From Candidatus Margulisiibacteriota bacterium (lineage in GTDB: Bacteria > Margulisbacteria > Marinamargulisbacteria > JBFWNS01), in the NCBI GenBank assembly GCA_050250935.1, contig JBFWNS010000001.1, positions 320,001 through 384,000 of the forward strand: a stretch of 64,000 bases of DNA. The letters run 5' to 3'. A program made the position numbers and the translations under genes. Below the pieces are notes generated by a model. The model searched no databases. It worked only from the letters and a program-made list of their open reading frames with translations, and was not told the DNA's origin. Positions 50,131 to 58,812 of this stretch are shown here, piece by piece. Position 1 is the first letter of the stretch. Each line of letters opens with the position of its first letter.

Positions 50131-50177
50131 ACCCTAGGTTTTTTGTAGCACATTAACCTAATTTAAGGAGTTTTTTT

Positions 50178-50357
50178 ATGAAAAAGTCAGCGCTTTTTGG
50201 CTTGTTTGTTGTGGCGTTTGTTTGGCTCGGTGGAATCTTGATGGCCGCTCCTGTTTGTGCCAATTCCTGCAAAGAGGACACGTGTCAAACCGACTGCTCC
50301 CGCTGTTGTACAGACAAAACCGCTTGCTGCTCGGACGCTTCGTCCTGCTGCCAATAG
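50178..50357 (+). CDS. Secreted Cys-rich metallothionein-like peptide (59 aa; absent from ORF track)
   Basis: SD AAGGAG 50165-50170; MKKSALFGLFVVAFVWLGGILMAAPVCA-NSCKEDTCQTDCSRCCTDKTACCSDASSCCQ*. Confidence 0.75.
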   Translation: MKKSALFGLFVVAFVWLGGILMAAPVCANSCKEDTCQTDCSRCCTDKTACCSDASSCCQ

Positions 50358-50380
50358 ACAGCACCCTCGAGGCCGGCTTT

Positions 50381-51127
50381 TTAGCCGGCCTCCCCAACCC
50401 GGGACAACCCCTTGGCCTGGAGATATCCCTTAATCGCGGCATAAAACGCAATTAGCGTGGGCAGTAAAAATCCCAAGTAGTGGATGTGTAAAAACAAAAT
50501 AGCCGCCACCACCGACCCCAAACAAAACGAGAGAAGACTGCCAATCCTCAGTTTATTCGCCCGTTGTTCTTTGGTTTTGCTTTGTTTGGCCGTATAAGGG
50601 TACAGCACATGGGTGACGCTAATTCCCAAGTCTGTGATCATTCCGGTTAGGTGGGTGGTTCGCAACGTGGCACCAGACGCTGTGCTGATGGCCGCGTTTT
50701 GAAGACCGCTGGCAAAGGACAATAAAATTAACAAGACATACTCTTCATTGATGGTTCCACTGTGTCCAAACACCACAAAAAAATTAAAATAACCCATCAC
50801 CGTCACCAGCAATAAGCTGAAGCCAGCAAGAGCCATCACCAGGCTATAATTTTTTGGGTTTTTGTGAAAACGGCGATCCACCAAAAAAGCCGATAGCATC
50901 ACCCCCGACAGGAAAAATAAGGGCACCGATAGCAACCCAAGTCCACTTACCCATTGGTGTTTGGCCATGCCAATACCAAACAAGGTCGCAAACCCCGTCA
51001 CGTGGGAGACAAACCTCCCACAGGCCAAATAGCCCCCCGCATTAATACTCCCCGCCAAAAAGCTCAAGAGCAGCCAATCCAAATAGACAGAGGGCGCAAC
51101 GGCCTCATCGATACGGTGCTTAAACAT
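50381..51127 (-). CDS. YoaK/DUF1275 family membrane protein
   Basis: LSFLAGSINA, FVSHVTG, GLQNA, RTTHLTG..TDLG. Confidence 0.9.
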   Translation of the reverse strand: MFKHRIDEAVAPSVYLDWLLLSFLAGSINAGGYLACGRFVSHVTGFATLFGIGMAKHQWVSGLGLLSVPLFFLSGVMLSAFLVDRRFHKNPKNYSLVMALAGFSLLLVTVMGYFNFFVVFGHSGTINEEYVLLILLSFASGLQNAAISTASGATLRTTHLTGMITDLGISVTHVLYPYTAKQSKTKEQRANKLRIGSLLSFCLGSVVAAILFLHIHYLGFLLPTLIAFYAAIKGYLQAKGLSRVGEAG

Positions 51128-51557
51128 TGGCCTCGAAGCGCATCAAAGCCTCAATTAACCGCCTCGGCACCCGAGTAGGCTTCCATTTTTCTTCGTTCAG
51201 CGCGGCCAAGACCACTTCCGCTTCGGCCATGGTTGTGTCGTTTTTTAAAAACCGGGTTTTCACGGTAAAGGTGGATTGGGTCAAGGCAACCATTTTGGTT
51301 TCAACACTAAAATAGTCCCCAAACACCAAGGGTTTAAAATAGCGAACATGGACATCGATAGGCACAAAGCCCATTTTTTCTGCCTGAAAATCGGTGTAGG
51401 GGCAACCCAACGCTTCCAAATATTCAATGCGCCCCGCCTCCATCCAATGGACATAGCGGGCATGGTACACCACCTGGGCGGCATCCGTGTCTCCAAAATA
51501 CACCCGGTGATGCCAAAACGTTGCCTTTCCAATGGGGTTATACGCGGCTGTTGTCAT
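51120..51557 (-). CDS. YbgC/FadM family acyl-CoA thioesterase
   Basis: RVYFGDTDAAQVVYHARYVHWMEAGR. Confidence 0.92.
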   Translation of the reverse strand: MTTAAYNPIGKATFWHHRVYFGDTDAAQVVYHARYVHWMEAGRIEYLEALGCPYTDFQAEKMGFVPIDVHVRYFKPLVFGDYFSVETKMVALTQSTFTVKTRFLKNDTTMAEAEVVLAALNEEKWKPTRVPRRLIEALMRFEANV

Positions 51558-52678
51558 GCGAATAACGCGTTGTATTCTTTCAGGGCAAACACATCGGTCA
51601 TGCCCGCAACATAATCGGCGACAACCCGGGCAATGGGATAGTCGGCACTGATTTTAGACCGGTAATTTTCGGACAACAATTTGGGGTCTTCAGTAAAGGC
51701 TTCGTACAGGGCTCGAATAATCTGCTGCCCTTTCTTATTCATGCGATACACGCTGTAATGCGAATAAAAGGTATGAAACAAATAGTGTCTCAGGGCCTTG
51801 TTTTTTTCTTTCATCTCGGGGCTAAATTGAACCACCACCTGATGCACCTTTTGTAACTCTTCGAAGGTGTGGATACCCTTGTCGGCAATGGCCGCCCTCG
51901 TGGTATGCACTACATCATCAATTTGCCAGGAAATTAGGTAGCTGTTGATGAGATATTTAAGATCGGCATCGGAAAGATTGCTATAGGTTTTCTGGATCGC
52001 TTTTTTGGCTTCTTTCCACAGCACCACTTGGCTTTCAAGTTCAGCGTGGGTCAAAATGGTCGAGGTTAAACCATCGTCGAGGTCGTGATTGTTATAGGCA
52101 ATTTCGTCGGCCAAATTCACCAATTGGGCTTCGATGGTCGATACGGCATGAACCCTGTCCGGTTGGTCCCAAGGCGTTGTGTGTTTCATCAACCCCATCC
52201 GCACCTCGTGGGATAAATTCAGGCCAGGGAATTGGGGATATTTGGTTTCCAATCGATCAACAATGCGCAAACTGTGGGCATTGTGCTCGAACCCCCCATC
52301 GTCTTTAAGCAAGCGGCTTAATTCTCGTTCGCCGGAATGCCCAAACGGGGTATGTCCCAAATCGTGGGCCAAGGCAATACATTCAGACAAATCTTCGTTA
52401 ACCCGCAATAGTCGGGACAGATGCCTCGAAATTTGGGCTACTTCCAGGGTATGGGTCAGACGAGAGCGATAATGGTCTGATTCGTTGGCAATAAAAACCT
52501 GGGTTTTGTGCTTCAGCCGACGAAAGGCCTTGGCATGAATAATGCGATCACGGTCGCGTTGAAAACAGGTGCGGTTTTGCGAGGGCTCTTCTGGAAAAAT
52601 CCGCCCTTGAGAGCATTTCGCCAAGACCGCGTAAGGGGCAAGAATCTGTTCTTCAACAGCTTCAAATTGCGTCCTCAC
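51554..52678 (-). CDS. dgt: Deoxyguanosinetriphosphate triphosphohydrolase
   Basis: FQRDRDRI, RRLKHKTQVF, RLTHTLEVAQ, HDLGHTPFGHSGE, DYVAGMTD. Confidence 0.96.
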   Translation of the reverse strand: MRTQFEAVEEQILAPYAVLAKCSQGRIFPEEPSQNRTCFQRDRDRIIHAKAFRRLKHKTQVFIANESDHYRSRLTHTLEVAQISRHLSRLLRVNEDLSECIALAHDLGHTPFGHSGERELSRLLKDDGGFEHNAHSLRIVDRLETKYPQFPGLNLSHEVRMGLMKHTTPWDQPDRVHAVSTIEAQLVNLADEIAYNNHDLDDGLTSTILTHAELESQVVLWKEAKKAIQKTYSNLSDADLKYLINSYLISWQIDDVVHTTRAAIADKGIHTFEELQKVHQVVVQFSPEMKEKNKALRHYLFHTFYSHYSVYRMNKKGQQIIRALYEAFTEDPKLLSENYRSKISADYPIARVVADYVAGMTDVFALKEYNALFA

Positions 52679-52693
52679 GCGGCGTTCCCTGGC

Positions 52694-53500
52694 CTATACC
52701 AACGAATAGCGGCTGAATCGAACCACAGCCGCAGCACCCAATACTTCTTTAACCGATTTGGAAGGATCTTTGATGAACTCTTGTTCCACCAAACAAATTT
52801 CTTTGTAGAATTTTTGAAGACGCCCTTCGATAACTTTGTCCAAAAAGTTGGGGTTTTTGCCTTCGTTCACCGCTTTGTTGCGGATGATTTCTTTTTCTTT
52901 TTCCAACTCTTCTGCAGGTACTTGAGAGGCCTGAACCACCATGGGATTGCTGGCTGCCACTTGCATGGCCACGTCTTTGCCCAAATCTTCGGCTACGGCT
53001 TGGTCAAAATCGACCAAAACTCCGATTTTGCCATTGGAATGAACATAGTGCCCCAAAGCGCCTTGGCTTTCGAAGCGCTCAAAGCGTTTAACACCAATGT
53101 TTTCACCCAACTTCAAAACAGCTTCAGACAACACGGCTTGAAGGTCTTTGCCATCCACCGACAACCCCGACAACTGATCTACTGTTGTTTGCCCGCCAGC
53201 CAAAACGGCATTGGCAATGGTTGTCCCAAGGGCAATAAAGGTTTCGTTTCCGGCCACGAAATCGGTTTCGCAGTTCAGCTCTAAAATCACACCGTTTTTC
53301 CCTGAAACGGCTGTAAAAATACGCCCTTCTGAGGTTTCTCGGTCTGCTTTTTTAGAGGCTGTTGCCAACCCTTTTTCGCGCAGGTATTTCACTGCGGCTT
53401 CAAAATCGCCTTGGGTTTCGGTAAGGGCTTTTTTGCAGTCCATCATCCCGACACCGGTTTTTTCTCTTAACTCACGAACCAAAGATGCTGAAATTTCCAT
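52694..53500 (-). CDS. tsf: Elongation factor Ts
   Basis: LREKTGVGMMDCKKAL, ELNCETDFVA. Confidence 0.98.
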   Translation of the reverse strand: MEISASLVRELREKTGVGMMDCKKALTETQGDFEAAVKYLREKGLATASKKADRETSEGRIFTAVSGKNGVILELNCETDFVAGNETFIALGTTIANAVLAGGQTTVDQLSGLSVDGKDLQAVLSEAVLKLGENIGVKRFERFESQGALGHYVHSNGKIGVLVDFDQAVAEDLGKDVAMQVAASNPMVVQASQVPAEELEKEKEIIRNKAVNEGKNPNFLDKVIEGRLQKFYKEICLVEQEFIKDPSKSVKEVLGAAAVVRFSRYSLV

Positions 53501-53516
53501 AACTACTCTCTCCAAA

Positions 53517-54401
53517 TTAGTCGGCTATTTTTTTCTTGGGGCTGGTGGCTACTTCTTTGGCCACTGCAGCAGGATCGGTTGCGCCAACAGAGGCGGCTTC
53601 TTCAACCCATTTTTCGTCTTCATCTTGCCAGGTTTCTTCGTCGAAGGCTTCCAAATCGGCCATGACAAATTGTTCGCCATTTTCGCCGGCTTCTTCGCCA
53701 GTTAATTCGGTAGAAACACCTTCAGCATGACCATCCATAACGGCTTTGGCCATGATCGAACAGATCAGTTTGATGGCCCGGATGGCATCGTCGTTGGCAG
53801 GGATGGGATATTGAATACCTGTGGGATCGGCGTTGGTATCGACAACACCAATGATGGGAACACCCAAACGCAAGGCTTCTTTGATGGCCAATTGCTCTTT
53901 GGTGGTATCCACAATAAACAGGGCAGAAGGCAATCCGTGCATGTCTTTAATGCCATCCAAATGGTATTTCAATTTGGCCAGGGCTTTTTTCTTTCTGGAC
54001 GCTTCTTTGTTGGACAATTGATCAAAAACACCGGTGGCAAGCTGCTTTTCGTAGTTTTTCAATTTCAAAATACTACGACGCAGGGTGATGTTGTTGGTTA
54101 AAGTCCCACCCAACCAGCGGTGGTTAACATAGGGCATTTTGCAGCCTTCAGCTTCAGACTGAACCGCATCCTGAGCTTGTTTTTTGGTTCCAACAAACAG
54201 GACGGTTCCGCCGTTTTTAACCGTATCTTTAACAAATTGATACGATTTTTTGATGAGCTTCAAGGATTGTTGAAGATCGATGACGTGGATACCATTACGA
54301 GCCGTGAAAATATAACGGTTCATTTTGGGATGGCGGCGCTTGGTTTGGTGACCAAAATGCACACCGGATTCAAGGAGCTGACGCATGGTTACGACTTCCA
54401 T
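53517..54401 (-). CDS. rpsB: 30S ribosomal protein uS2 with acidic C-terminal tail
   Basis: LLESGVHFGH, FVGTKKQA, RWLGGTLTN, DTNADP, PANDDAIRAI. Confidence 0.99.
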   Translation of the reverse strand: MEVVTMRQLLESGVHFGHQTKRRHPKMNRYIFTARNGIHVIDLQQSLKLIKKSYQFVKDTVKNGGTVLFVGTKKQAQDAVQSEAEGCKMPYVNHRWLGGTLTNNITLRRSILKLKNYEKQLATGVFDQLSNKEASRKKKALAKLKYHLDGIKDMHGLPSALFIVDTTKEQLAIKEALRLGVPIIGVVDTNADPTGIQYPIPANDDAIRAIKLICSIMAKAVMDGHAEGVSTELTGEEAGENGEQFVMADLEAFDEETWQDEDEKWVEEAASVGATDPAAVAKEVATSPKKKIAD

Positions 54402-54521
54402 GATAAATACCTACCTTTAAAACAGCCGAAGCTGGGATGTTGCCCAAAAAATGGACAGGGTGGTGATGGTATCACTGTGCAAGTAAAAAGTCGACTCTTT
54501 ATTCAAGATGTACGGAATAAT

Positions 54522-54550
54522 TTGACAAATAACCCGGAGCTAAGTACAGT
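54522..54550 (+). promoter_or_regulatory. sigma70-type promoter of rpmF-plsX-fab operon
   Basis: TTGACA-17 nt-TACAGT. Confidence 0.7.
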
Positions 54551-54581
54551 TTACTCCACCATAATTTAAGGATTAATTACC

Positions 54582-54779
54582 ATGCCAGTTCCAAAAAGAA
54601 GACGATCCAAGTCAAAATCTCGTATTAAAACCGCCCATTGGAAACTCGATATGCCCCAGTTGCGGCCCTGCCCCAGCTGCGGTGCCTTGTCAGTTCCTCA
54701 CCGTGCTTGCCAAGCCTGCGGCACCTACAAAGGTCGCCAGGTCATCCCAGCCAAACAGAAAAAAACCAAGGAATCCTAG
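54582..54779 (+). CDS. rpmF: 50S ribosomal protein bL32 (zinc-ribbon type)
   Basis: MPVPKRRRSKS, CPSCG...PHRACQACGTYKGR. Confidence 0.97.
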   Translation: MPVPKRRRSKSKSRIKTAHWKLDMPQLRPCPSCGALSVPHRACQACGTYKGRQVIPAKQKKTKES

Positions 54780-55769
54780 GTGAAAATCGCCCTAGATGTC
54801 ATGGGAGGGGACCATGCTCCGGGTGAAATTATTAAGGGCGCTTATTTGGCCCTTAACACCTTTGATGCCCACCTGATTTTGGTAGGCCCATCTGCGCTAC
54901 TCGAGCAAGAATTACCCAAATATGGGACTTTTCCCCATCCCCGCCTTTCCATTCACCATGCCCCAGAGTCTGTGGATATGGGAGAATCTCCCGCCGAGTC
55001 GTTTCGCAAAAAGAAACAATCGTCTATTCGTGTGGGCCTGGAACTGGTTAAAGAGGGGCAAGCCGATGCCTTTGTTTCGGCAGGCAACACCGGAGCCGTT
55101 ATGGCCACTTCTACCCTGGTTTTGGGACGGATTCCCAACATCGAACGGCCCGCTATTGCAGCCACCCTGCCGTCTGAAAAAGGACCTTTTGTAATGCTAG
55201 ACATGGGGTCTAGCGTTGATTGCAAACCCGAACATTTGGCCCAATTTGCCTTGATGGGGCACTATTTTTCGTCGCTAGTTCTAGACCGAGAGACGCCCAG
55301 GGTTGGGCTTTTAAACATTGGCGAGGAACCTGGCAAAGGCAACCTTGCTTGCCAAGAAGCCCATGCCTTGATTCAAGCCATGCCCTTGAATTTTATTGGA
55401 AACGTAGAAGGCAAAGACATATTAAAGGGCGATGCCGACGTTATTGTTTGTGACGGGTTTGTGGGAAACAACCTGCTTAAATTTGGCGAAGGGGTTTCCA
55501 CTTTGTTTTATGATTTCTTTAAAAAAGAAGCCAAACAATCGGTGCTATCGTTGATGGCGCTGTTGCTTCTCAAGCCGGCTCTGAAGCGGTTTAGAAAACA
55601 ATTTGATTATCAAGAATATGGTGGTGCGCCGCTTTTGGGCGTTAATGGGGTTTCGATTATTGCCCATGGCAAATCGTCGGCCAAAGCCATCGAAAGCGCC
55701 ATTGGCAACGCCATTCATGCCGTGGAACAACGCATGGTCGAAAAGATTACCAAGGCCGTTTCCCAGTGA
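54780..55769 (+). CDS. plsX: Phosphate acyltransferase
   Basis: IALDVMGGDHAP, SAGNTGA, LLNIGEE..KG, CDGFVGN, YGGAPLLG. Confidence 0.98.
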   Translation: MKIALDVMGGDHAPGEIIKGAYLALNTFDAHLILVGPSALLEQELPKYGTFPHPRLSIHHAPESVDMGESPAESFRKKKQSSIRVGLELVKEGQADAFVSAGNTGAVMATSTLVLGRIPNIERPAIAATLPSEKGPFVMLDMGSSVDCKPEHLAQFALMGHYFSSLVLDRETPRVGLLNIGEEPGKGNLACQEAHALIQAMPLNFIGNVEGKDILKGDADVIVCDGFVGNNLLKFGEGVSTLFYDFFKKEAKQSVLSLMALLLLKPALKRFRKQFDYQEYGGAPLLGVNGVSIIAHGKSSAKAIESAIGNAIHAVEQRMVEKITKAVSQ

Positions 55770-56761
55770 CATTGCCGGCTGTTGGCCTTTTGGGCGTGGG
55801 CAAATTCTTACCCCCAAAGGTAGTGGCCAACGACGACTTTGTGGCCATGGGCTTGGACACTTCTGACGCTTGGATTACCGAAAGAACCGGCATTAAAGAG
55901 CGTCGAATCGCCGATGCCGATATGGCCACCTCCGACCTGGCTTTTGAGGCTGCCAAAGCGGCGCTGGCCCACGCGGGAAAAACCGCTCAGGATATCGATT
56001 TAATCGTCGTGGCCACCAGCACCCCGGACCATCCTTTGTTTCCTTCTGTGGCCTGCCAATTGCAAGATCGCCTTGGTGCCCGTTCGGTCGGGGCTTTTGA
56101 TGTTTCTGCGGCCTGCTCTGGATTTAATTTTGCCCTTTCGGTGGGCACTCAAGCCATTCAAACGGGCAACGCCAACACGGTTTTGGTGGTCAGTGCCGAC
56201 TGCTTAAGCCGATTTTTGAATTGGAAAGACCGGGGCACCTGCATTTTGTTTGGCGACGGCGCCGGGGCTGTTGTTTTGGGCAAGGTTCAAGCAGGCTATG
56301 GGATTTTGGCCACCGAACTGCGTTCCGAAGGGCAATACGGGTCCATTTTAAATGTCCCTGCTGGTGGCAGTAAAAAACGACTTCCCGACCAGGAAGACGA
56401 AAGCTTTATTTATATGGATGGCAAAGCCGTCTTTAAAGTTGCGGTTCACACCGTTGTGGACACCGTTCATTCGATCTTAAAAACGGCGGGCCTGTCCCCG
56501 GATCAGATTCAGCTATTGGTTCCCCACCAGGCCAATGTGCGCATTATCGAGAAGATCCGGGAAACCCTGCATCTGTCCCCAGAACAGGTCATGGTCAACA
56601 TTGCCCAATATGGCAACACCTCGGCCTCTTCGATTCCGATTGCCCTGACCGAAGCCGTTGAAGCCAACCGCATTCAGGATGGCGATCTTGTTTTAACCAT
56701 TGGCTTTGGCGCAGGGTTCACCTGTGCGGCCAGCATCATTCGTTGGGGAGGTTTTCTATGA
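55766..56761 (+). CDS. fabH: Beta-ketoacyl-ACP synthase III
   Basis: DTSDAWITERTGI, AACSGF, LFGDGAGA, PHQAN.RI, GNTSASSIP. Confidence 0.98.
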   Translation: MTLPAVGLLGVGKFLPPKVVANDDFVAMGLDTSDAWITERTGIKERRIADADMATSDLAFEAAKAALAHAGKTAQDIDLIVVATSTPDHPLFPSVACQLQDRLGARSVGAFDVSAACSGFNFALSVGTQAIQTGNANTVLVVSADCLSRFLNWKDRGTCILFGDGAGAVVLGKVQAGYGILATELRSEGQYGSILNVPAGGSKKRLPDQEDESFIYMDGKAVFKVAVHTVVDTVHSILKTAGLSPDQIQLLVPHQANVRIIEKIRETLHLSPEQVMVNIAQYGNTSASSIPIALTEAVEANRIQDGDLVLTIGFGAGFTCAASIIRWGGFL

Positions 56762-57684
56762 AGCGATACGCTGTAGTTTTTCCGGGACAAGGCTCCCAAT
56801 CCGTGGGCATGGGCCAAACCATTTTAGAGGCCTATCCCGACACAAACCGGTTTTTTGAAGAAGCTGAAGCGGTTCTGAAAACCCCACTTAAAGCTATCTG
56901 TTTGGAAGGCCCAGCCGAAACCCTCACCCAAACCGCCAATGCACAACCTGGGATTTTTACGGTTTCCATGGCCTTGTTTTCCCTTTTAAAAGCGGCCGGT
57001 TTAACGCCAGCCTATGTGGCCGGTCACAGCTTGGGCGAAATTACCGCCTATGTGGCCGCCGATGTTTTATCGCTTAAAGACGGGCTGACTGTGATTGCCG
57101 CAAGAGGGGCAGCCATGGCAGCCGCCCATCCCAGCGATCGGTCCGCGATGGCTGCAGTAATGGGCATGGATTTCGACGCCCTGGCTTCGATTCTAGCACC
57201 CTTTCAAGCCGAACCCGTGGTAATGGCCAACATCAACAGCCCCGGACAAATTGTTATTTCTGGTGAAAAAGACGGGGTTACCCGGGCCATCGACGCCATC
57301 AAAGCCCAGGGTGCCAAAGTGATCCCCTTAAACGTGAGTGGGGCCTTTCATTCTCCGCTAATGAAACCCGCTTCCGAAGCGTTGGAATCGGCCATTGCAC
57401 CCCTGGATTTTCACAACGCTGCTTTTCCCATTGTGTTGAATCGCAGCGCCCAGCCCGAAACCGAAGCCGAGGCCCTGAAGGCCAATTTACCCCTTCAAGT
57501 GATTTCGTCAGTGGACTGGGTAGGCACCCTCAAAACCCTGGCAGACAAGGTCGATGCATTTATTGAATGCGGCCCAGGAAAAGTGCTCACCGGCCTGATC
57601 AAAAAAACAGTGCCCGACAAACCCGTTGTGACGGTTTCAGACAAAGACAGCCTAGATGCCTTTTTGGCATCGGATTGGAGATAA
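56758..57684 (+). CDS. fabD: Malonyl-CoA-ACP transacylase
   Basis: FPGQGSQ, GHSLGE, NINSPGQIVISG, VSGAFHSPLM, ECGPGKVL. Confidence 0.98.
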   Translation: MKRYAVVFPGQGSQSVGMGQTILEAYPDTNRFFEEAEAVLKTPLKAICLEGPAETLTQTANAQPGIFTVSMALFSLLKAAGLTPAYVAGHSLGEITAYVAADVLSLKDGLTVIAARGAAMAAAHPSDRSAMAAVMGMDFDALASILAPFQAEPVVMANINSPGQIVISGEKDGVTRAIDAIKAQGAKVIPLNVSGAFHSPLMKPASEALESAIAPLDFHNAAFPIVLNRSAQPETEAEALKANLPLQVISSVDWVGTLKTLADKVDAFIECGPGKVLTGLIKKTVPDKPVVTVSDKDSLDAFLASDWR

Positions 57685-57686
57685 GA

Positions 57687-58427
57687 ATGGTTCAAGATAA
57701 AGTTGCTGTTGTCACCGGCAGTTCCCGAGGCATTGGATTTACCATTGCCGATACCCTCGCCGCCAGTGGCGCCAAACTGGTGGTTTCAGCCACCACCCAA
57801 GAAGGGGCTCAAAAAGCCGCCGACAAACTTAAAGCTGCCCATGGCGTCGAGGTTTTGGCCGTCAAAGCCGATGTCAGCAAAGCCGAAGATGCCCAGGCCC
57901 TCATTAAGGCGGCCATGGATACTTTTGGTCGTGTGGACATTTTGGTTAACAATGCCGGCATTACCCGAGACAATTTGCTCTTGCGCATGAGCGACCAAGA
58001 TTGGGACGATGTTATTCGGGTCAACCTAGGTTCGGTTTTCCACACCGTAAAAGCGGTGTCTCGGCCGATGTTAAAACAGCGGTTCGGACGCATCATCAAT
58101 ATTACCTCGGTGGTTGGGGTCATGGGCAATCCAGGCCAAGCCAACTATGCCGCAGCCAAAGCTGGCATGATCGGATTCACCAAAACCGTGGCCAAAGAAT
58201 TTGGGGCAAAAGGCATCACCTGCAACGCGGTTGCGCCCGGTTTTATCGAAACCGACATGATTGAATCTTTACCGAAGGAATATCTTGATACTATAATGGC
58301 CCTCGTTCCGGTTAAGCGGTTGGGAACTTCCCAAGAAGTAGCACAGCTTGTACTATTTCTCGCTTCGGAAACATCGTCGTATATCACCGGCCAGGTGATT
58401 AACATCGACGGCGGCCTTCACATGTAA
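57687..58427 (+). CDS. fabG: 3-oxoacyl-ACP reductase
   Basis: TGSSRGIG, NNAGITRD, GNPGQANYAAAKAG, APGFIETDM. Confidence 0.98.
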   Translation: MVQDKVAVVTGSSRGIGFTIADTLAASGAKLVVSATTQEGAQKAADKLKAAHGVEVLAVKADVSKAEDAQALIKAAMDTFGRVDILVNNAGITRDNLLLRMSDQDWDDVIRVNLGSVFHTVKAVSRPMLKQRFGRIINITSVVGVMGNPGQANYAAAKAGMIGFTKTVAKEFGAKGITCNAVAPGFIETDMIESLPKEYLDTIMALVPVKRLGTSQEVAQLVLFLASETSSYITGQVINIDGGLHM

Positions 58428-58457
58428 GTTAAACACCAATTTTTAGGAGGATTTTTC

Positions 58458-58706
58458 ATGGCTCTATCTCAGGACGAAGTATTTTCAAAGGTAAAATCAG
58501 TCATTGTTGAACAATTGGGGGTTTCTGAAGACGAAGTTACCACCGAAGCTTCTTTTACGGACGACTTGGGAGCAGACTCTTTGGACACTGTGGAATTGGT
58601 CATGGCTCTTGAAGAAGAATTCGGAACCGAAATCGCAGACGAAGATGCCGAAAAATTAACAACCGTTGGCAAAACTGTAGAGTATATCCTTAAAAACGTT
58701 AAATAA
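58458..58706 (+). CDS. acpP: Acyl carrier protein
   Basis: [28 protein letters not shown]. Confidence 0.99.
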   Translation: MALSQDEVFSKVKSVIVEQLGVSEDEVTTEASFTDDLGADSLDTVELVMALEEEFGTEIADEDAEKLTTVGKTVEYILKNVK

Positions 58707-58735
58707 CTTGTTTTTTCATTCAAACAAGTCCCTTT

Positions 58736-58776
58736 AAAACAAATCGTAACGCCTCGGTGTTACGATTTGTTTTTTT
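58736..58776 (+). terminator. Intrinsic terminator after acpP
   Basis: AAAACAAATCGTAACGC-CTCG-GTGTTACGATTTGTTTTTTT hairpin with U tract. Confidence 0.85.
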
Positions 58777-58812
58777 AGGGTCTCGCTGTACGCTATCATT
58801 GGAGGAACACTT

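Noticed and set aside
51157..51164. TAACCGCC matching the tRNA-Val 3' region as possible attR
   Set aside because: Only 8 bp, inside the thioesterase gene, expected by chance; no integrase.
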